Shown here one piece after another: positions 16,413 to 24,808 of a DNA stretch of 47,147 nt. The notes under the pieces are model-generated. The model saw only the letters and a list, made by a program, of their open reading frames with translations. It made no database searches and was not told the DNA's origin. Position numbers and translations under genes: made by a program. Positions within the stretch are counted from its first letter, which is position 1; every line of letters starts with the position of its first letter. The stretch is taken from positions 1-47,147 of the forward strand of contig JAPLZX010000006.1 of assembly GCA_026394815.1 (NCBI GenBank), read 5' to 3'. The stretch is from Candidatus Zambryskiibacteriota bacterium (GTDB lineage: Bacteria; Patescibacteriota; Minisyncoccia; Phycocordibacterales; DATDWN01).

Positions 16413-17479
16413 AAAAAATATTTCTACAAATGCCCAGTTCGGTTTTTGCAAATAATGTTATATTTCAAAACATAGATGCTAATAATGCAACTTTTCGTTG
16501 GTATTTATTAAAAAGCAAACTTGAATCTTTGGGTTATGAGCTTGTAACCGCCGATAATCATGATTTAAAAGACTGTGAGGGAATTATTTTTCATGATGCA
16601 AACAGTTTAGACTCCTCTTTTAAACCCCTAAACCTAAAGGGCTACATTAAAAAACTCCTTGGAATAAAAGCTGCCCCAGATTACCCCACAAGAAGATTGT
16701 ATGAGGAAGCAGTTAATGCTGGCTTAATAGACAAATTAATCTTTTTTATATGGGAAAGTAATACGGTATGTCCACTTAATTTTTCACCAAAAATCTTAAA
16801 TAAATTTAATAAAGTAATGTCTTGGGATGACGATCTTTTGAAAAAATCAAAATTCATAAGATATTGCATGCCAATGGAAAATCCAGATTTCACCCACTCA
16901 TTTATCCCATTCAATCAAAAAAAACTTTTAACCATGATCTCTTTTAACAAGTTTTCTTCTGAACAGAATGAACTCTATTCTGCAAGAAGAAATGATGCAT
17001 TGTATTTTGACACAAATTATCCAAATGATTTTGATTTGTACGGAAAGCGTTGGAATGTACCCATTACAAGATTACAAAGGTTACTCCCATTTTTAGTAAA
17101 AAAATACACCACTTATCGCGGGCATGTGAAAAACAAACTTGAAACATTATCAAAATACAAATTTAACCTTTGTTATGAAAATGATGCTGGAGCAAAAGGG
17201 TGGGTAACAGAAAAAATATTTGATTCACTATTAGCAGGAATAGTTCCAATATATTGGGGAGCCAGCAATATAGAGGAGTATGTAGATTCTGATGTTTTTA
17301 TTGATCGCAGAAAATTCAAAAAAATCTCTGATTTAGCCGATTTTATAACCAAAATGACAGAAGAAGAATACAATAAATACATATCAGCCGCTGAGCGCTA
17401 TAAGAAAAGTGATAAATATGCCAAATTCTTACCAGAGAGTTTTTGCGACACAATGATTAAAACTTTGGAATTAAAATAA
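16409..17479 (+). CDS. GT10 alpha-1,3/4-fucosyltransferase-like glycosyltransferase
   Basis: FNLCYENDAGAKGWVTEKIFDSLLAGIVPIYWGASNIEEYV matches the GT10 motif (FENS..GYVTEK...G.VPIYWG). ATGA overlap with the epimerase gene. Confidence 0.85.
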   Translation: MKKIFLQMPSSVFANNVIFQNIDANNATFRWYLLKSKLESLGYELVTADNHDLKDCEGIIFHDANSLDSSFKPLNLKGYIKKLLGIKAAPDYPTRRLYEEAVNAGLIDKLIFFIWESNTVCPLNFSPKILNKFNKVMSWDDDLLKKSKFIRYCMPMENPDFTHSFIPFNQKKLLTMISFNKFSSEQNELYSARRNDALYFDTNYPNDFDLYGKRWNVPITRLQRLLPFLVKKYTTYRGHVKNKLETLSKYKFNLCYENDAGAKGWVTEKIFDSLLAGIVPIYWGASNIEEYVDSDVFIDRRKFKKISDLADFITKMTEEEYNKYISAAERYKKSDKYAKFLPESFCDTMIKTLELK

Positions 17480-17504
17480 ATCATTTAATATACTCAATCA
17501 CGAA

Positions 17505-19010
17505 ATGAAAAATCTAGCTCCAATTACTTTATTTGTTTACAATCGCCTCTATCACACGAAGGAAACTGTTGATGCTTTACAAAAAAACACATTGGCAAGA
17601 GATAGTGATTTGTTTATTTACTCCGATGGACCAAAAAATGATGAGGATTCAAAAAAAATAATTGAATTAAGAAATTATCTGAAAACAATAGATGGTTTCA
17701 GATCTGTAATAATAATTGACAGAGAGAAAAATATAGGTTTAGCAAACTCAATTATTACTGGTATAACAGAAATCGTAAACCGTTTTAGTAAAATAATCGT
17801 GCTAGAGGACGATCTCGTTACATCACCATATTTTCTATCGTATATGAATCAAGGGTTGGACATGTATGAAAATGAAGATGAAGTCATAAGTATTCACGGA
17901 TATGTATACCCAACAAAAGAAAAACTCCCAGAAACATTTTTTATTAAAGGAGCTGATTGTTGGGGGTGGGCAACTTGGGCACGAGGTTGGAAATTATTTG
18001 AGCCTAATGGTTTAAAGCTTCTAAATGAGATAAAAAAACAAAAACTGGAAAAAGAATTCAATTTTAACGATAGTTTTAATTATATAAAAATGCTTAAGGG
18101 TCAGATTGAGGGTCGCAACGATTCATGGGCTGTCAGGTGGTATGCTTCAGCATTTTTAGCAAACAAATTAACTCTCTATCCAGGACAATCATTAGTTAAC
18201 AACATTGGTTTTGATGGAAGTGGAACTCATTCTGACAGTAAAAGCAGTAATCTTTTTGATGTTATTATTTCCACTGAAGAAACAAACTTGAAACCTACAG
18301 TAATAGAAGAAAATAAAACCGGAAGAAAAGCTTTTATAAAATATTTTAGAAAAAATAATCCAACTTATTTCAGTCGAATTAGAAATAAATTAAAAAAGAT
18401 AAAGAAATTGAGAGAATCTGTCCTAAAAACCAGAATATTATTTAATTATTATTTTGGATCTAAAAATCAACCCATAGATAAAAAATTGCCTTGGATAGCC
18501 AAAGATGCCATTAAATGGCTAGATCAATATCTTAAGAAAGATATGAAAGTTTTTGAATGGGGCAGCGGGGGGTCTACTTTATTTATTGCCGACAGAGTTA
18601 AGGAGATAATTTCAATTGAACATAATTATGAATGGTATCTTAAAACTCAAATGTATCTTCGATTTAATCGTATACACAACTGCAAATATGAACTTATAGA
18701 AGCAGAACCTAAAAAATCAGAAAAGTATTTGTCGACTGATAGACATTATATAAATCATAATTTTGAAAAATATTGTAAAGTCATAGATAATTCCCCTAAT
18801 GAATATTTTGATCTTGTATTTATTGATGGTAGAGCAAGACCATCATGTATTTTACATGCTGTAAATAAGGTCAAGATCGGTGGTTATATTCTTCTAGATA
18901 ATTCAGAAAGAGAAGAATATTCCTCTGGAATAAATATGCTGAAAGATTGGAAAATGATAGATTTTTCTGAAAACTCGTCTACAACAAGTGTATTTCAAAA
19001 AATAAAATAA
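17505..19010 (+). CDS. Bifunctional-looking fusion: N-terminal GT-A glycosyltransferase domain plus C-terminal class I SAM-methyltransferase-like domain
   Basis: N-terminus: APITLFVYNRLYHTKETVDALQKN...LFIYSDGPKN...IVLEDDL (DxD). C-terminus: VFEWGSGGSTLFIA...FDLVFIDGRARPSCILHAVNKVKIGGYILLDNSER. Confidence 0.65.
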   Translation: MKNLAPITLFVYNRLYHTKETVDALQKNTLARDSDLFIYSDGPKNDEDSKKIIELRNYLKTIDGFRSVIIIDREKNIGLANSIITGITEIVNRFSKIIVLEDDLVTSPYFLSYMNQGLDMYENEDEVISIHGYVYPTKEKLPETFFIKGADCWGWATWARGWKLFEPNGLKLLNEIKKQKLEKEFNFNDSFNYIKMLKGQIEGRNDSWAVRWYASAFLANKLTLYPGQSLVNNIGFDGSGTHSDSKSSNLFDVIISTEETNLKPTVIEENKTGRKAFIKYFRKNNPTYFSRIRNKLKKIKKLRESVLKTRILFNYYFGSKNQPIDKKLPWIAKDAIKWLDQYLKKDMKVFEWGSGGSTLFIADRVKEIISIEHNYEWYLKTQMYLRFNRIHNCKYELIEAEPKKSEKYLSTDRHYINHNFEKYCKVIDNSPNEYFDLVFIDGRARPSCILHAVNKVKIGGYILLDNSEREEYSSGINMLKDWKMIDFSENSSTTSVFQKIK

Positions 19011-19011
19011 T

Positions 19012-19844
19012 ATGAATCAGAAAGTAAGAAAATTCATAAAAAACCTTATTCCTCCAGTTATTTTATCATTATATAAATCCCCTGTCCCAAAATATGGGTA
19101 CTTTGGTGATTATAAAACTTGGGAAGAAGTAGAAAAAATATCTACAGGATATTCGGGTGATGAAATAATAAACAAGGTCAGATTATCTGCACTCAAAGTA
19201 AAAAATGGTGAAGCAGTATATGAACGTGACTCGGTCTTGTTTTCAAAAGTAGAAATATCGTGGCCACTTCTGGCAGGGCTTTTGTATGTAGCTAGCCAAA
19301 ACGACAACTCTCTAGAACTAGTTGATTTTGGTGGTGCTTTAGGCACTAGCTATTACCAAAATAAAAAATTCTTAAGTCATCTTAAATCACTTCATTGGCA
19401 TATAGTAGAACAAGATAAATTTGTAAATATTGGTAAAAAAGAATTTATCAACAATGTTTTGGATTTTTATTACACTAAAGAACTAAAAAATCTAGTTGAT
19501 ATAAAAAACCACAGGTTATGATAGTCTCTAGTTCTCTTCAATTTTTACCAGATCCAATTACCTTTATTGAAAATCTTGATGGATTAGATATTCCCTATTT
19601 AATTTTTGATAAAATACCATTTTTTGTAGAACCTAATATGCAAAATCGTTTAATGTTACAAAAAGTACCCCCTAAAATTTATGACGCAAGCTATCCGGTG
19701 TGGATTTTTGGAGAAAATTTATTCATAAAAGAGATGATTAAAAATTATGAGTTGGTTGATGATTTCAACGCATATAATGGATATGTAGAAAAAATAGAAA
19801 ACAGCCAAATGCATTACAGAGGATTTATTTTTAAAAAGAAATAG
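19012..19844 (+). pseudogene. TIGR04325/LIC12133-type putative methyltransferase split into two ORFs at an A6 tract
   Basis: 19012-19521 carries YGYFGDYKTWEEVEKISTGY...VDFGGALGTSYYQNKKFL...WHIVEQ. 19518-19844 continues with IVSSSLQFLPDP. Frame 2 is open from 19500, and one extra A in AAAAAA (19503-19508) would fuse the two ORFs. Confidence 0.6.
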
Positions 19845-21398
19845 ATGAATAAAACCAAAAATAAAAACGGTCCTGTTGTGCTTGTTACTAAAGATATTTC
19901 GTATACATTCCCTTTTGGGTATGCATATCTCGCAGGTTATTTAATAGAAAAAGGAGAAGAAGTAATTGTTTTATTTAGACCAAAAAAAGCATTTGATTAT
20001 AAAAAATTTGTCCAAGATATCATTGAACTTAAACCAGTATTAGTTGGATTTGGAACACTTTATCCAGACCTTTATCCAATCAAAAAACTAATCGAACTTT
20101 TAAATTTGGCTGGTAGAAATTTTCCAATTGTTATTGGTGGTCAAATGGTAACTCCAACACCTGAATTTGCTGTAAAAATAACTGGAGCTGATTTTGGGGT
20201 TGTCGGCGAAGGAGAAATTATCGTGGACGAATTAGTTAAGACTTTGCGAAAAAATAAAGACCCTCACCAAGTTAAGGGTGTCATAATAAACGAGAATGGT
20301 AAATTATCTTTTACTGAGTCTGGGGATTTTATAAAATACATGGCAAAACTACCTAAAATTCCATATACACTATTTCCTTCCAATAAATGGTTAGATATTG
20401 GACGATTTTATGTTGATATAGCTCAACCTCACTGGCGATATAATGATAAAGTTGTGGCCATTCATGGTGGCAGAGGATGCCCTTTTAATTGTAATTTTTG
20501 CTACCACCATAGTTTGTCCCGATATCGCTCTATAAATGATATGTTTGAAGAAATAAAAGTATTGATAAAAAAATATGACGCTAATATGTTGTATTTTGGG
20601 GATGATTTAGTATTAGCAACTCCAACCAGGGTTAAAGAGCTAACACAGGCAATAAGACAACTTGATAAAAAAGTTGAGTATTCGGTTTCTTGCCGCTTCG
20701 ATATATTAGATAGAATTAGTGATGAAATGCTACGAGAAATGAAAGAAACTGGTTGTCGAATTATGGGATTAGGCATTGAATCGGGGTCACAAAGAATACT
20801 TGATATAATTGATAAAAGAATTACAACTGAACAAATTATTAAAGGCATGCGACGCCTAAAAGATGCCGGTATTCTCCCTACAGTGAGTATAATGGTTGGA
20901 CAATACACTGAAACCGTTGAAGATGTACAGAAATCAATAGACTTAATGCTAGAAACCCTAAATTACAATAAAAATGTTAATTATGCTTTTACTATTTGTA
21001 CCCCATTTCCTGGTACCAAGTTATATAACGTTGCTTTGGAGAAAAAATTAATCAAAGATGATTTTGATTTTTATAAAAAATTCGATCCTGATAAAGAAAT
21101 AGGAGGTTTATCTGTTAATCTTTCAGCTATGAATGATAAAGAAGTTGTAGTTATGCATAGAAAAATAAGTGATATATATTTACAAAGAAAAAAAGATTTG
21201 ATTGGTAGAAAAGTAATGCTAGTAGAAGCTACTCGTCATTTTGTATATAGAGTTTATAATAAAATTACTAAAACAATAATAGACAAACTCCCAGAAAAAT
21301 CAGTATTTATATTAATTAAAAAATTGTATCACAATAGCCACAACGCAATTCAATTTTGTCTAGACAGATTTAGACTTTATTTGTTAGATGTGAGATAA
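19845..21398 (+). CDS. B12-binding-domain radical SAM protein (class B radical SAM, methyltransferase-like)
   Basis: N-terminal Rossmann-like B12-binding region (PVLVGFGTLY...IVIGGQMVT) followed by GGRGCPFNCNFCYHH (CX3CX2C, codons 20478-20501). Length 517 aa. Confidence 0.85.
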   Translation: MNKTKNKNGPVVLVTKDISYTFPFGYAYLAGYLIEKGEEVIVLFRPKKAFDYKKFVQDIIELKPVLVGFGTLYPDLYPIKKLIELLNLAGRNFPIVIGGQMVTPTPEFAVKITGADFGVVGEGEIIVDELVKTLRKNKDPHQVKGVIINENGKLSFTESGDFIKYMAKLPKIPYTLFPSNKWLDIGRFYVDIAQPHWRYNDKVVAIHGGRGCPFNCNFCYHHSLSRYRSINDMFEEIKVLIKKYDANMLYFGDDLVLATPTRVKELTQAIRQLDKKVEYSVSCRFDILDRISDEMLREMKETGCRIMGLGIESGSQRILDIIDKRITTEQIIKGMRRLKDAGILPTVSIMVGQYTETVEDVQKSIDLMLETLNYNKNVNYAFTICTPFPGTKLYNVALEKKLIKDDFDFYKKFDPDKEIGGLSVNLSAMNDKEVVVMHRKISDIYLQRKKDLIGRKVMLVEATRHFVYRVYNKITKTIIDKLPEKSVFILIKKLYHNSHNAIQFCLDRFRLYLLDVR

Positions 21399-21427
21399 AA
21401 TAAGCTAATTTATATAATAATATATTG

Positions 21428-22408
21428 ATGACTGAGGATATTATTAACTTTTGTACATTATTTGACTCTAGTTACCTAACCAGAGGACTGGCAATGTACC
21501 TATCTTTAAAAGATCACTGCCCAAATTTTATTTTATATACAGTGGCTTTTAATGATGAATGTTACGATATTCTGTCAAAACTAAAACTCCCTAATATGGT
21601 AGTTATCTCGATGAAAGAATTTGAAGATACAGAACTTCTAAAAATTAAACCAACCAGAAGTGGACGTGAATATTTTTGGACATGTTCATCCTCTTCTATC
21701 TTATACTGTATAAAAAAATACAATCTTGATATGTGTACTTACATAGATGCAGACTTAATATTTTTTGAAAATCCAAAAGTAATACTAGATGAGATAGGAG
21801 ATAAATCTATCTTACTTACCGAACATCGCCTACCAAAAGGTGGAAAAAAGGAGGAAATGAATGGTTTATATTGTGTACAATTTATGCCATTCAAAAATGA
21901 TAAAAATGGGATAACAGCACTTACTTGGTGGAGGGAGAGGTGCTTAGAGTGGTGTTATGACAGATACGAAGATGGAAAACTTGGAGACCAGAAATATTTA
22001 GACGATTGGGCTACTCGCTTCCCTGGAGTACATGTTATGAAACACCTTGGCGGAGGAGTCGCGCCTTGGAATATGTATATGTACAAGATATTAGATGATA
22101 ACGGGAAACTGTTTGTGGAAGAAATACAAACATTAAATAAATACCCTCTTGTTTTTTATCACTTCCAAAGTACCCAAATTTATAATCTATACAAACAAAT
22201 CATCGCAGTATATTGGCCATATGATTCAAACATAGATGACAAGACTATAAAAATTTATCAAAGTTATGGAAAATATCTTTATTCTTCTTTTGAATTAATT
22301 AGATCAATTCATCCAAACTTCAACCTTGGTTTTAACAAACCAATAAATTATTACAAATATTTATTTAATAAAATAAAAAGAAAAGCTAAGAAACTTATCG
22401 CAAGATAG
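21428..22408 (+). CDS. Putative nucleotide-diphospho-sugar transferase (GT-A fold, DxD)
   Basis: FCTLFDSSYLTRGLAMYLSL..., YIDADLIFF (DxD) and GDQKYLDDW. Family not assigned with certainty. The ORF track starts at TTG 21425. Confidence 0.55.
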   Translation: MTEDIINFCTLFDSSYLTRGLAMYLSLKDHCPNFILYTVAFNDECYDILSKLKLPNMVVISMKEFEDTELLKIKPTRSGREYFWTCSSSSILYCIKKYNLDMCTYIDADLIFFENPKVILDEIGDKSILLTEHRLPKGGKKEEMNGLYCVQFMPFKNDKNGITALTWWRERCLEWCYDRYEDGKLGDQKYLDDWATRFPGVHVMKHLGGGVAPWNMYMYKILDDNGKLFVEEIQTLNKYPLVFYHFQSTQIYNLYKQIIAVYWPYDSNIDDKTIKIYQSYGKYLYSSFELIRSIHPNFNLGFNKPINYYKYLFNKIKRKAKKLIAR

Positions 22409-22420
22409 ATAATATCATTC

Positions 22421-22448
22421 TTGCAATAAGGCATAAAACTGCTAGTAT
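22421..22448 (+). promoter_or_regulatory. Extended -10 promoter giving a leaderless transcript for the nucleotidyltransferase gene
   Basis: TTGCAA (22421-22426), 16-nt spacer ending in TGc, TAGTAT (22443-22448), then 7 nt to the ATG at 22456. Confidence 0.5.
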
Positions 22449-22455
22449 TCTGATT

Positions 22456-23196
22456 ATGAAAGGTATTGTATTGGCTGGTGGAAAAGCCACGAGATTATCT
22501 CCACTAACTTTAGTTACAAACAAGCACCTACTGCCTGTATACAACAAACCAGTCATCTATTACGCAATTGAAAAGCTTGTAGCGGCTGGTATTGATAGAA
22601 TAATGATTGTTACATCCCCACATCATTTAGATGATTTTGTGCAACTTTTGGGATCCGGCCAAAACTTCACTTCAATAAAAACGAACAAACAAATCCAGAT
22701 TGTATATGGTATTCAAAACGAAGCCTCTGGAATAGCCGATGGACTATATATAGCTAAAGACTATATAGGAAATGATAATTGTCTCTTGTATTTAGGAGAC
22801 AATATTATTGAAGATGATATCGGAAACCATATTAAAAATTTTAAAAGCGGAGCACTCATATTTCTAAAAAAGGTCACTGATCCAAAAAGATTTGGTGTGG
22901 CCAGTTTAAACAAAAAAGGGATGGTGGTAGAGATAGAAGAGAAACCAAAAAAGCCAAAATCAAATCTCGCTGTTGTCGGTCTTTATGTATATGATAATAG
23001 CGTTTTTAATAAAATGATTGGGCAACCAAAATCAAATAGAGGAGAATATGAAATTACTTATTTAAATAATAAATATATAGAGGAAAAAAAATTAAAAGCC
23101 ATTATTCTTAAAGAAAAATGGTTTGATATAGGAACATTTGATAGTCTTATAGAAGCTTCAATATATAAAAAACAACAAAGCAAAAAAAATGGTTAA
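22456..23196 (+). CDS. Sugar-1-phosphate nucleotidyltransferase (RmlA/short-form family); NDP specificity unknown
   Basis: MKGIVLAGGKATRLSPLTLVTNKHLLPVYNKPVIYYAIEKLVAAGIDRIMIVT is the canonical N-terminal nucleotidyltransferase motif. Length 246 aa. Confidence 0.85.
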   Translation: MKGIVLAGGKATRLSPLTLVTNKHLLPVYNKPVIYYAIEKLVAAGIDRIMIVTSPHHLDDFVQLLGSGQNFTSIKTNKQIQIVYGIQNEASGIADGLYIAKDYIGNDNCLLYLGDNIIEDDIGNHIKNFKSGALIFLKKVTDPKRFGVASLNKKGMVVEIEEKPKKPKSNLAVVGLYVYDNSVFNKMIGQPKSNRGEYEITYLNNKYIEEKKLKAIILKEKWFDIGTFDSLIEASIYKKQQSKKNG

Positions 23197-23944
23197 TTTT
23201 ATCAAAAAAAATAAAATTACTCGGAAACTATACTTCATTTACAAAAGGGTGTTGCAAAAAAATCTGTATAACAAACAATACGACGACTTCAAGAATAAAC
23301 TTGATAACAAAAGGGGTTTTTCATTTAACAAAAATGACAGAAAGATTATGTTAAATGATAATACCAAATTGACAAATTTTGATACTCATTATATTTATCA
23401 TCCTGCATGGGCAACGAGAATACTTCAAAGAACGAACCCTAAATTACATATTGATATTTCAGGAACACTAAGTTTTGCTTCTATTGTTTCTGCTTTTATC
23501 CCTGTTAAGTTTTATGATTATCGTCCAGCAAATTTAAAACTAAGTATTTCAAATCAAACGGATCTACAAAATCTCCCGTTTGAGAATAATAGTATTTTAT
23601 CAATTTCTTGTATGCATACTGTAGAACATATAGGTCTCGGAAGATATGGTGACCCTATTGAACCAGATGGAGATTTAAAAGCTATTTCTGAACTAAAAAG
23701 AGTACTAGCAAAAGATGGTAATTTATTATTTGTGGTGCCAAAAAAAAAAAAAAAAATATGCTTTAATGCTCACAGAATATACTCCTATGAACAAATAATG
23801 AAATATTTTTCTGATTTAACCTTACAAGAATTTTCTCTTATTCCCGATAATGCAATAGATGTTGGTATGATTGATAATGCCACAAAAGAAATGGCCGATA
23901 AACAAGAATATGGTTGCGGCTGTTTTTGGTTCATAAAAGAATAA
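23189..23944 (+). CDS. DUF268-type class I SAM-dependent methyltransferase-like protein containing an in-frame poly-Lys from an A17 tract
   Basis: ISCMHTVEHIGLGRYGDPIEPDGD...LKRVLAKDGNLLFVVP-KKKKK-ICFNAHRIYSY matches the DUF268 pattern. Confidence 0.65.
   Translation: MVNFIKKNKITRKLYFIYKRVLQKNLYNKQYDDFKNKLDNKRGFSFNKNDRKIMLNDNTKLTNFDTHYIYHPAWATRILQRTNPKLHIDISGTLSFASIVSAFIPVKFYDYRPANLKLSISNQTDLQNLPFENNSILSISCMHTVEHIGLGRYGDPIEPDGDLKAISELKRVLAKDGNLLFVVPKKKKKICFNAHRIYSYEQIMKYFSDLTLQEFSLIPDNAIDVGMIDNATKEMADKQEYGCGCFWFIKE
23740..23756 (+). repeat. 17-nt poly(A) homopolymer inside a CDS
   Basis: gtggtgcc-A17-tatgc, counted from the sequence (23740-23756). It is by far the longest homopolymer I saw in the window; others are 9 nt or shorter. 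Confidence 0.95.
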
Positions 23945-23956
23945 TTTTAAAAAGGG

Positions 23957-24808
23957 ATGATTATAATTAAACTAGAGGGGGGTCTCGGTAATCAGATGTT
24001 CCAGTATGCATTGGGACGTAATTTGTCTTTGATCCACAATACTACTTTTAAGATAGATTATTCATACCTAAAAAAAGCTAATCAAAGTCAGAGAACTCTT
24101 ATAATAGATAACTACAATACAGTATTAGAAGAAGTTACAGATAAGGAAGTTGCTTCTTATACTTCTATCTTTCAAAAAATTTTAGACAAAATCCGTTCAA
24201 AAAAGAAAATGGTTGTGGAAAAATCAAATTTGTTTGATTCAAATATCTTGTTACGAAATGACGGATACTTTGTTGGACATTGGAATAATGAGAAATATTT
24301 CAAAATCAACGAAAATATAATCAGAAATGATTTTAAACTCAAAAAACCTTTTGGAGAAATGGCACAAACAACTGCAGAAAAGATAAATTCTACACCAAAT
24401 GCAACTGGTATACATATTCGTCGTGGAGATTATGTGACCATCAAGAAAATTGCTGACAAACATGGAGTTCTGTCAATTTCATATTACGAACAGACAATGG
24501 CTAAAATTATTGAGAGGTTTCCTGATACTGTTTTCTTTGTGTTCTCAGATGACATGGAATGGGCCAAAGAAAATTTCCCTAAAAAATACCCCGTTATTTT
24601 TGTCTCAAATCCAAATATTCCAGATTATGAAGAACTAATCCTAATGAGCCTCTGTAAACACAACATTATTGCTAATAGCACATTTAGTTGGTGGGGTGCG
24701 TGGTTAAACACAAATCCTAATAAGATTGTTATTGCACCAAAAAATTGGTTTACAGATATAAATAAAGATACAAATGATTTAATTTTACCAGCATGGATAC
24801 AAATATAA
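23957..24808 (+). CDS. GT11 alpha-1,2-fucosyltransferase-like glycosyltransferase (copy 2)
   Basis: GGLGNQMFQYALGRNLS, GIHIRRGDY and ANSTFSWWGAWL. Paralogue of 14488-15393. Confidence 0.85.
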   Translation: MIIIKLEGGLGNQMFQYALGRNLSLIHNTTFKIDYSYLKKANQSQRTLIIDNYNTVLEEVTDKEVASYTSIFQKILDKIRSKKKMVVEKSNLFDSNILLRNDGYFVGHWNNEKYFKINENIIRNDFKLKKPFGEMAQTTAEKINSTPNATGIHIRRGDYVTIKKIADKHGVLSISYYEQTMAKIIERFPDTVFFVFSDDMEWAKENFPKKYPVIFVSNPNIPDYEELILMSLCKHNIIANSTFSWWGAWLNTNPNKIVIAPKNWFTDINKDTNDLILPAWIQI

